Source: Deltaproteobacteria bacterium | GTDB taxonomy: Bacteria > Myxococcota_A > Polyangia > Polyangiales > JADJMO01 | Assembly: GCA_025363655.1 (NCBI GenBank) | Contig: JANYDK010000147.1 | Location: forward strand, 72,046 to 136,045 | Length of the DNA stretch: 64,000 nt | Direction: 5' to 3' | Shown: positions 28,329-36,193 of the stretch, in pieces | Layout: each line of letters opens with the position of its first letter | Position numbering within the stretch: the stretch's first letter is position 1 | Notes under the pieces: generated by a model | Told to the model about the DNA's origin: nothing | The model's database searches: none | Seen by the model: the letters and a program-made list of their open reading frames with translations, nothing else | Position numbers and translations under genes: made by a program

Positions 28329-31300
28329 CTATTTGTCGTTCTCGACGAGGGTCTTGACCATGCTCTCGAGGATCGCGTTGGCGAGGAGCGCGCGGTCGAT
28401 ACGACGGGGCGCGCTCTCGTCCTCGGCCACCACGCGCCGCTCGACCGTCGCTCCGCTGCGTCGGAGTCCTTCGGCGAGCTCGCCCGAGCGAGGTTCGTCG
28501 GTCGAGACGGCGACGAGGATTCTCCGCGCGAGCGAGCGCTTTTCCGCCCGCAAATCGAGCGCTTCCAGCTCGGCTTGGTGCTTACGGGGAAGCGCGAAGC
28601 CGACCAGCTCGTCTCCGCGCGGGCGACGAAACACGTGCGAACGGTCGCGGCGATGCTCATCGATGCCCCGCAACTCGTCGAGGTAGTCGCGACCACGGAC
28701 GACGGGATCCCAGAGGACGAGATCTTGGACGTCGAGCTCGCGCGCGGCCTGTGTGGCGACGACGGCGCCGAGTCGGAAACCGATGATCGACACATGGGGC
28801 GTCGCCGCGACGTCACGGAGCTCTTGCGCGGCATCGATGACGTCGCGACGCCAATCGTCGAGGCCGACCTCGGTGAGCTCGCCCGACGAATCACCGGTGC
28901 CTCGATAGTCGAAGCGGAGCACGGGGAATCCTTCCGCGGAGAGCGCGCTCGCGAGCTTGCGGAAGGCCCAGTGCGTGTACATGTACTCCTGCGGACCCGG
29001 ATAGCAGAGCACCACGCCGGTGCTCCGTGAGCGGCCTCGCGGCGGGTGATGGAAGCCGAAGAGCGGCGCCTCGGCGCGGCCGAAGAAGAACGCGCCTCGA
29101 TTCGACGAGACCGCAGGCTTTGGCGCGTGTGGCGCAGGCGGCGTGGGCTGGTTCTCCGAAGGACGACCGCTCGCCGCCGCCACCTCATCCCCGGTGAGCG
29201 GCAAGAGCTCGGCGATTTGCGCGAGGGTGCTGACGAGGAGCGTGCGCGGCGAGAGCTGCACGCCGGTGCGCTGCTGCACGCGGCCGATCATCTGCAGCGC
29301 GAGCATCGAGTGCCCGCCGATGTTGAAGAAGTTGTCGTGCACCGAGATGGACGCGCTGCGGAGGAGCTCCTTGCAGACGTCGACGAGGAAGGTCTCGCGA
29401 ACGTTGCGGGGGGCGACGACCTCGGCGTCGGACTCGGCGCTGCCGAACGGCGCTGGCAGGCGCTTGCGATCGACCTTGCCGTTGGGCGTCAGCGGCAACG
29501 CCTCGAGCTCGACGAAGTGCTGCGGGATCATGTACTCGGGCAGCGACTGGCGGAGATGACGCCGCAGATCGGTCGCGGTCGATGCCACGGCAGGGTTTGG
29601 AACCAGGTAGGCGACGAGCGCGACGTCGCCGGGACGATCTTCGCGGAGCACGACCGCGTTCTGTTTCACCGCCGGATGCTTCGAGAGCGAGTGCTCGATT
29701 TCGCCGAGCTCGATGCGGAAGCCACGCAGCTTCACCTGGCCGTCGTTGCGACCGAGGCACTCGAGCTGACCCGTCGGGAGAATGCGCGCCAAGTCACCGG
29801 TCAGGTACATCGTCGCGCCCGCGACTCCGGGACGGAACGGATCGGGGACGAAGCGCTCGGCGGTGAGATCGGGCCTGCCGAGGTACCCGAGCGTGACGCC
29901 GTCACCGCCGATCCATAGATCACCTATCGATCCCAACGGCACGCGCCTTCGAGCGGCGTCGAGGACGTAGACCTGGGTGTTGCCGATCGGATGCCCGATG
30001 ACGATGCGATCGATCGGCGGCGTCAGCAGTTGCAGCGTCGACCAGACCGTCGTCTCGGTCGGTCCGTAGGCGTTCCACACCTCGGCGACTCGCTCACCGA
30101 GGGCGATGGCGAGATCTTTGGGGAACTGCTCACCGCCGCAAATCACCTTGAATTTCGGGCTTCCCATCCAACCTGCGGCGAGGAGCAAGCGGAAGGTGGC
30201 GGGCGTCGCCTGCATCGTCGTCACGGCGCGTTCTTCGAGGACGCGACGAAGCACCCCGCCGTCGCCGACCATCTCACGACTGGCAAGCTCGATGCGCGCG
30301 CCGACCGAGAGCGGGAGCTGCAGCTCGAGCACGGCGATGTCGAAGGAGAGCGTCGTCACCGCGAGGATGCTGTCGCCGGCCGTCATCCCCGGCTCGCGCG
30401 CCATGCTGACGAGGAAGTTCGTCAGCGCGCGATGCGGCACCTGCACGCCCTTGGGTTTTCCCGTCGAGCCGGAGGTGAAGATGACGTAGGCCGGGCTCTC
30501 GGGCGTCGCCTGCCTCGGTTGCTCGTTCGCGTGCAGCGGCTCGGAGGCGGCGGAGGTGATCTCGTCGTCCTCGAGGCAAAGAGTCTGCGCGCCGTGGGCG
30601 GGCAATTGCGGGGCGCGGGCACGCGACGTCAGCACCACCGCGAGCCCCTCTGCGGCGAGCATGAAAGACACGCGATCTTCCGGATAATCAGGGTCGATCG
30701 GGACGTACGCACCGCCGGCGGCGAGGATGCCGTAGAGGCCGACCAGCATGTCGAGCGAGCGATCGACGCAGAGCCCGACGAGGACCCCCGCGCCGACGCC
30801 GCGCGCGATCAGTCGACGCGCCACGCGGTGGCTCTTCGCCAAGAGCTCGCCGTAGGTCAGCGCCAACTCGCCGAAGCGGGCGGCGATCGCGTCGGGGCTC
30901 TTGCGTGCTTGCGCGGCGAAGAGCTGATGCGAGCCGAGCGCTCGTGGGTAGTCGAGCTCGGTGGCGTTCATCCGCGCAAAGAGCGCCGTCTCGCCGTCGG
31001 TGAGCATCGGCAAGCTCCCGATCGACGCGTCCGGACCGTCGACGATCGAACGAAGGAGCCGCACGTAGTGCTCGAGGAAACGATCGATGGTCGCGGCGTC
31101 GAAGAGATCGGTCGCATAGGTGGCAGCGATGCGCAGACCCTCGCGCTCCTGGGTCGTCCACAGCGTCACGTCTTGCGCTTCGAAGCGCGCATAGAGCGGG
31201 ATTTCCTCGGCCTTGGCGCCGCAAAAAGTGTCGGGCTGGTCGCGCACGTCGCGGAACGAGAGGTAGGCTTGAGCGATCGGCGCGCGGCTGAGATCACGCT

Positions 31301-32378
31301 GGACGCCGAGCTCGCGGACCAGCTCGTCGAGCGGCACGTCTTGGTGCTCGAACGCGAACGCGCACCGATCGCGCACCTGCTCGACGAGCGCGCGGAAAGG
31401 CAGGTCGGCTCCGAGATCGGCGCGGATGACCAACGTGTTGACGAAGAGCCCGACGACGCGGTTCGTACGCGGCCAGAGCCGACCACGCACCGGCGTACCG
31501 ACGTGAATGCGCTCTTGGGCCGCGTGACGGAAGAGGAGCGCGTGGTACGCCGCGAGGAGGACGACGAAGAGCGTGGTCCCCGACGCGCGCCCGATCTCGG
31601 CGAGCTTCGCCAGATCGTCCTCGGCGACGCGGGTCCAAGCGATGCCACCGTCGAAGCTCATCGCCGGCGGCCGCGCGCGATCGGTCGGCAAATCGAGGGG
31701 CGAGAGATCGCCTTCGAGCTGCGCGCGCCAGAGCTTTCGTTGCGTCGAGAGCGCCTCGCTCGTCAGCCAGCGCTCGTGCCACTCGGCGAAATCGCCGTAT
31801 TGAATCGGCAACGGGCGGAGCGGCGAAGGCTTGCCAGCGAGGGCTGCGGCGTAGAGCTGCGCCATCTCGCGGAAGAAAATCTCGGTCGAGCCACCGTCCC
31901 ATACCGTGTGGTGCGCGTTGATGAAGAAGACGTGGTGCTCGTTCTCCGACGTCTCGAGCGTGAAGAGCGTGAAGCGGATGAGCGGCCCGGTCGCCAGGTC
32001 GAAAGGGACGTCGCCAAGCTGCGCGAGCCGCTCGTTTAGCGCTTCTTCACGCGCCGGCGCGGGGACCTCGCGTAGATCGATACGAGTGAGATCGATGGCG
32101 GCGTCGGCATCGACGAGTTGGCGCGCTTGCCCATCGTCTTCGACGAGCCGCGCGCGGAGCACGACGTGCCTCTCGGCGAACGTTCGTAGCGCCCACGCCA
32201 ACGCGTCGGGCTCGATGCGTCCACGCAAGCGAAGCGCGGTGAGCACGTTGTAGAGCGGCTTGTCGGGCTGCAGATGCTGAAGAAAGACGAGTCGCTGCTG
32301 CATACGTGAGAGCGGCGCGCTCGTACGTCCAGGTTGCGGCTCGATCGATGAGGCTGCGGCGCTGTCCAACTCGGGCAT
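28329..32378 (-). CDS. Monomodular NRPS: C-A-PCP-hydrolase-2-like domain; A domain predicted Gly
   Basis: C domain HHTVWDG; A domain YVIFTSGSTGKPKG, FDIAVLEL, NAYGPTETTVW, TGDL and PLTPNGKVDR; PCP FFNIGGHS; C-terminal LRFDYRGTGDS and GFRLG. Confidence 0.92.
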   Translation of the reverse strand: MPELDSAAASSIEPQPGRTSAPLSRMQQRLVFLQHLQPDKPLYNVLTALRLRGRIEPDALAWALRTFAERHVVLRARLVEDDGQARQLVDADAAIDLTRIDLREVPAPAREEALNERLAQLGDVPFDLATGPLIRFTLFTLETSENEHHVFFINAHHTVWDGGSTEIFFREMAQLYAAALAGKPSPLRPLPIQYGDFAEWHERWLTSEALSTQRKLWRAQLEGDLSPLDLPTDRARPPAMSFDGGIAWTRVAEDDLAKLAEIGRASGTTLFVVLLAAYHALLFRHAAQERIHVGTPVRGRLWPRTNRVVGLFVNTLVIRADLGADLPFRALVEQVRDRCAFAFEHQDVPLDELVRELGVQRDLSRAPIAQAYLSFRDVRDQPDTFCGAKAEEIPLYARFEAQDVTLWTTQEREGLRIAATYATDLFDAATIDRFLEHYVRLLRSIVDGPDASIGSLPMLTDGETALFARMNATELDYPRALGSHQLFAAQARKSPDAIAARFGELALTYGELLAKSHRVARRLIARGVGAGVLVGLCVDRSLDMLVGLYGILAAGGAYVPIDPDYPEDRVSFMLAAEGLAVVLTSRARAPQLPAHGAQTLCLEDDEITSAASEPLHANEQPRQATPESPAYVIFTSGSTGKPKGVQVPHRALTNFLVSMAREPGMTAGDSILAVTTLSFDIAVLELQLPLSVGARIELASREMVGDGGVLRRVLEERAVTTMQATPATFRLLLAAGWMGSPKFKVICGGEQFPKDLAIALGERVAEVWNAYGPTETTVWSTLQLLTPPIDRIVIGHPIGNTQVYVLDAARRRVPLGSIGDLWIGGDGVTLGYLGRPDLTAERFVPDPFRPGVAGATMYLTGDLARILPTGQLECLGRNDGQVKLRGFRIELGEIEHSLSKHPAVKQNAVVLREDRPGDVALVAYLVPNPAVASTATDLRRHLRQSLPEYMIPQHFVELEALPLTPNGKVDRKRLPAPFGSAESDAEVVAPRNVRETFLVDVCKELLRSASISVHDNFFNIGGHSMLALQMIGRVQQRTGVQLSPRTLLVSTLAQIAELLPLTGDEVAAASGRPSENQPTPPAPHAPKPAVSSNRGAFFFGRAEAPLFGFHHPPRGRSRSTGVVLCYPGPQEYMYTHWAFRKLASALSAEGFPVLRFDYRGTGDSSGELTEVGLDDWRRDVIDAAQELRDVAATPHVSIIGFRLGAVVATQAARELDVQDLVLWDPVVRGRDYLDELRGIDEHRRDRSHVFRRPRGDELVGFALPRKHQAELEALDLRAEKRSLARRILVAVSTDEPRSGELAEGLRRSGATVERRVVAEDESAPRRIDRALLANAILESMVKTLVENDK

Positions 32379-32571
32379 TCGCTCTCGGGCGGTGAAGCCC
32401 GTCAAGACGTTCGACGGGGCATTTTGCCGCGTTCTCGACAGATATGCTTCGGCCGCGGGAGGGCGGCGTGACGCTGAAGTAAGTGACGCAGACGGCAAAG
32501 GTGCTAGGAAGGGGCTCCGCTCGGGGGCGAAACCAGGCGCCTCTCGATTCGCGAGCAGGGAGGGAGTCGAA

Positions 32572-33741
32572 GTGCGCAACGCTACCCACTCGGTCACGAC
32601 CATCACGACTCTCGCGGGCCTCGAGGGCCTCGAAGCCGATTATCGTCGGCTCGAGTCGCTGCTGCCGATGGCGCTCCCCTTCCAGCTCCACGAGTGGCAC
32701 GTCGCCTGGTGGCGTCATTTTCCGGTCGCCGGCCTCGGTCGTCGCGACGAGCTTCACACCTACGTCGTTCGTCGACGTGACGGCACTTGCGTCGGCATCG
32801 CGCCTTTCTTCCGTACGCTCCGCCCCGGCATCGGTCCGCTGCAGACGCGCACCATGCAGCTCGTCGGCGCCGATCCGTACATCACGGAAATTCGCGTGCC
32901 GCTGATCGATCCCAGCGAAGAGCCGGTGGTCGCGCGCATGCTCCTCGAGCGGCTGGCGTCCGATCCGCTGTGGGACTCGGTGCAGTGGAGCGGGCTCGAA
33001 CGCGAGTCGGCGTTCTCCGAGGTGCTCGATCGCGAGGGCCGCGTCGAGTTCTGGGGAGGCGATCTCGACTACGTGCTCGACCTCGCCCCCGATTGGGACA
33101 CCTTCCGCAAGAACCTCAAGCGCAACATCCGCGAGTCGTTGCGGCACTGCTACAACTCGCTCAAGCGCGACGGGCACGCGTTCACCTTCAACGTCGCCGA
33201 GACGCCCGCCGAGGTGCTCGCCGGGGTCGAGGTCTTCTTCGATCTGCACTCGCGACGCGCCTCGCTCGAAGACACCATCACCCATCCGAATCGCTTCGAG
33301 TTGCCGGTAGCGCAAGCCTTCCTTCGCGACGTGATGGAGCGGCTGGCGAAGCGCGGCATCGCCAAGGTCTTCACGCTCGAGATCGGCGGCACCGTCGTCG
33401 GCGTGCGCATGGGCTTCCAAATCGGCACCCAGCTCTATCTCTACTACTCGGGCTACGATCCCGAGTGGCGCAAGTACAGCGTCATGACGACGACGGTGTC
33501 GGAGGCCATTCGCTGGGCCATCGAGCAGAAGCTGGTCACCGTGAACCTCTCGGCGGGCACCGACGTCTCGAAGACGCGTTGGGGCGCGCGAGGCATTCCC
33601 AACGTCGACGCGACGCAGATTCGCGGAACTCTCCGGTCACGCCTCGCGTCCGAAGCGATGCGCCTGGCCTGGGAAGCGCGTCGCAACCCCGAGGTCGTGA
33701 AGTTCGCGCGCAAGCTCGTTCCCAGCCTCCGCTGGACCTGA
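32572..33741 (+). CDS. CelD/BcsL-like double-GNAT acyltransferase
   Basis: PFQLHEW..AWW, VGIAP, FFDLH..R and YYSGYDPEW.KYS; GTG preceded by ggagggag. Confidence 0.8.
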   Translation: MRNATHSVTTITTLAGLEGLEADYRRLESLLPMALPFQLHEWHVAWWRHFPVAGLGRRDELHTYVVRRRDGTCVGIAPFFRTLRPGIGPLQTRTMQLVGADPYITEIRVPLIDPSEEPVVARMLLERLASDPLWDSVQWSGLERESAFSEVLDREGRVEFWGGDLDYVLDLAPDWDTFRKNLKRNIRESLRHCYNSLKRDGHAFTFNVAETPAEVLAGVEVFFDLHSRRASLEDTITHPNRFELPVAQAFLRDVMERLAKRGIAKVFTLEIGGTVVGVRMGFQIGTQLYLYYSGYDPEWRKYSVMTTTVSEAIRWAIEQKLVTVNLSAGTDVSKTRWGARGIPNVDATQIRGTLRSRLASEAMRLAWEARRNPEVVKFARKLVPSLRWT

Positions 33742-34418
33742 TGATCCTCGGCGAGCTCGAGGCGCGCGTCGTCGAGGGACCGCCCAGCGCGCCGCTCATC
33801 GTGCTCGCACACGGATACGGTTCCAGCGCCGCCGACCTCGCGCACTTCGCGGACGCCTTGCGAATGCCGCTTTCGTGGCTCTTTCCCGAGGCGCCGATCG
33901 CGCTCGACGCGCCGCCGGGGACGCGTGCTTGGTGGCCGATCGATGAAGCCGCACGTGATCGGGCGGTCGCCGAAGGACGCGAACGCGATCTCTCGAACGA
34001 CGCATTTCCAGGGCTGAAACGCGCGCGTGAGTTGCTCGACGGGTTCCTCGACGCGGCGACGAAGTGCTTCTCTCCACGAACCCTCGTCCTCGGAGGCTTC
34101 TCGCAAGGCGCGATCTTGGCGTGCGATCTCGCGCTGCGATCGACGCGGCCGCTCGCCGGTCTCGTCTTCCTCTCCGGTGCACGCGTGACGCACGGGGAGT
34201 GGTCGCCGCTCTATCGCACGCGCGCCGGGCTCCCTGCGTTCGTCAGTCATGGTCGGCACGATCCGATGCTCTCGTTCCGTGTCGCCGAGGAGCTGGCCGC
34301 CGAGCTCGCCGTAGCCGGACTTCCGACCACGTTCGTGCCGTTCGAGGGGGCGCACGAGGTGCCGCTCTTGCCGCTCCGCGAGCTGAGGAAATTCCTCACG
34401 CGCGTGCTCGCGACGTGA
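33741..34418 (+). CDS. Phospholipase/carboxylesterase (acyl-protein-thioesterase-like)
   Basis: HGYG, FPEAP, RAWW, GGFSQG, SHGRHDP and FEGAHE. Confidence 0.88.
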   Translation: MILGELEARVVEGPPSAPLIVLAHGYGSSAADLAHFADALRMPLSWLFPEAPIALDAPPGTRAWWPIDEAARDRAVAEGRERDLSNDAFPGLKRARELLDGFLDAATKCFSPRTLVLGGFSQGAILACDLALRSTRPLAGLVFLSGARVTHGEWSPLYRTRAGLPAFVSHGRHDPMLSFRVAEELAAELAVAGLPTTFVPFEGAHEVPLLPLRELRKFLTRVLAT

Positions 34419-35146
34419 GCCTGCTCAGCTCCGAAATCGTCGTCGAGGTCTGGTGGTCCGATCCCACCGAGCTCGAGGACGCTTCACGATTCGAGGCCGC
34501 GCTGCTTCACCTCGACGACGACGAGCGTGCACGCGCCCGTCGTCTTCGTCCGCCGAAGGCACGCGCCGCCTACGTCGCAGCCCATGGGCTCCTGCGTTCG
34601 ATGCTCGCGCAGGAGCTCGGTAAATTCGGCCTGAAAGTCGCGCCTTCCGCCGTCGTCATCGTCCACGATCGGCACGGGGCACCGCACCTCGGGAGCGAGC
34701 ACGACGGTCTCGTTTCGCTCGCTCACGATCTTCGTTTCAGTCTCACGCACACCGACGGTTTGGTCGCCTGCGCCGTCGTTCGTTCACGCGACGTCGGCAT
34801 CGACGCCGAGCACGTAGACCGGGGTGTGCTCGTCGGGGAGCTCGCGGCGCGGACGTTGACCGAGCGCGAACGCGAGACGCTCGAGGGCCGGGACGAGGCG
34901 GGGAAGGCTGCCGGTTTCCTCGCGCTCTTCACGATGAAAGAGGCCTTCACGAAGGCTCGCGGGCTCGGGCTCGCCTTGGACATGTCGACGATCGAGCTTC
35001 GCCGTGAGGGAGAACGGCTGCTCTTCGCCGACGCTCCGGACGATTGGCATCTCGAGATGCTCGCGCTCGGCGACGAGCACCAAGTGGCTCTCGCGGTCGA
35101 GCGCCGGCGCGGGGACGTTCTGCACGTCGTCACGCGCCGTCGCTGA
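34415..35146 (+). CDS. Sfp-type 4'-phosphopantetheinyl transferase
   Basis: ERARARR, G.P, FSLTHT, VGIDAE and FTMKEAFTKARGLGL. Confidence 0.88.
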   Translation: MSLLSSEIVVEVWWSDPTELEDASRFEAALLHLDDDERARARRLRPPKARAAYVAAHGLLRSMLAQELGKFGLKVAPSAVVIVHDRHGAPHLGSEHDGLVSLAHDLRFSLTHTDGLVACAVVRSRDVGIDAEHVDRGVLVGELAARTLTERERETLEGRDEAGKAAGFLALFTMKEAFTKARGLGLALDMSTIELRREGERLLFADAPDDWHLEMLALGDEHQVALAVERRRGDVLHVVTRRR

Positions 35147-35167
35147 TTGCGCCGCGTACATACGACT

Positions 35168-35878
35168 TCACTTCCCGGCGACGCCGGTGCCCGGGAGCAG
35201 CTCCGTGTTCTTCGCGGTAGCCTTCTCGTCGACGACGAGACCGAGGTCCTTGGTGTTCTTCGGCTCGATCGCGCACACGGTGCCGAGGGTGAGGTACGAC
35301 GACGGGAGGATATCGCTCAAGCTCTTGTCACCAGGGCGGTAGTCGACGCAGGCCTGCGCGGCGTGGAAGTGACCGAAGTTGGCGTTGGGGCCGACGGTGA
35401 ACGACTTCGCCTTCTGCGCCCACGTCGAGACGCACACCAGCTGCTCGTCGACGATGCGGAAGGTGTGACAGATGCGCGCGAGCTCGAGCTTGCCCTCACC
35501 GGAGACGCAGAGCGACTCGTGACCGGGCATCGGCGAGCTGACGCCGGCGACCGCGTCGGAGACGGTGATTTCGCTGGGGAGACAGGCGCCGCCGGGCTTC
35601 ACCGAATACGTCGCGGGAAGGAGACCTTCGGGGAGCTTGCCGACGACGGTCGTCGGGTGGCCTTCGAGCGAGCCGAGCTCCACTTGAACTTCGGACAGGT
35701 CGGCCTTGAGCGAGACGTGCGTGATGTTGTCGATCTGCGCGCCGACGGCGACGTCCTTCGTGGCCGACTGATCGCTGCCGACCGGATTGCCATCGGGACC
35801 TTGCGCGACGCAGGCAACGAGCGACGAAGAACCAACGGCAACGGCGGCGAGAACGAGCGAGCGGAGGAGAGTTTTCAT
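35168..35878 (-). CDS. Hypothetical Cys-containing lipoprotein
   Basis: MKTLLRSLVLAAVAVGSSSLVAC lipobox; SD gagg. Confidence 0.7.
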   Translation of the reverse strand: MKTLLRSLVLAAVAVGSSSLVACVAQGPDGNPVGSDQSATKDVAVGAQIDNITHVSLKADLSEVQVELGSLEGHPTTVVGKLPEGLLPATYSVKPGGACLPSEITVSDAVAGVSSPMPGHESLCVSGEGKLELARICHTFRIVDEQLVCVSTWAQKAKSFTVGPNANFGHFHAAQACVDYRPGDKSLSDILPSSYLTLGTVCAIEPKNTKDLGLVVDEKATAKNTELLPGTGVAGK

Positions 35879-36193
35879 GGGGATACCTCGAACAAACGGG
35901 TGGGTCGCCTCGCTGAAGCCGAGAGCCGGTTGGGCTAAGGGCACGGCACTTCGTCGCTTGTTCGGCGACTTGGAGTTCCGTGCGGGCACAGACCAGTAAA
36001 GGAAGAAGCGTGCCGCTCTCGTTCGTTCGGCCGATCAACCGGACTTTTCCGCGAATCGCGCTCTTTTCCAGCCCCCACAGCGGAAGCTCGACGAGGGCGG
36101 TCTGTGCCACAGCGGAGGGGAGAGAAGTCCCCTGGTCACTCGGCGATGCTCATCGTGTTCACGCGCTGGATCATCTGCCTGATCGGCGACAAC

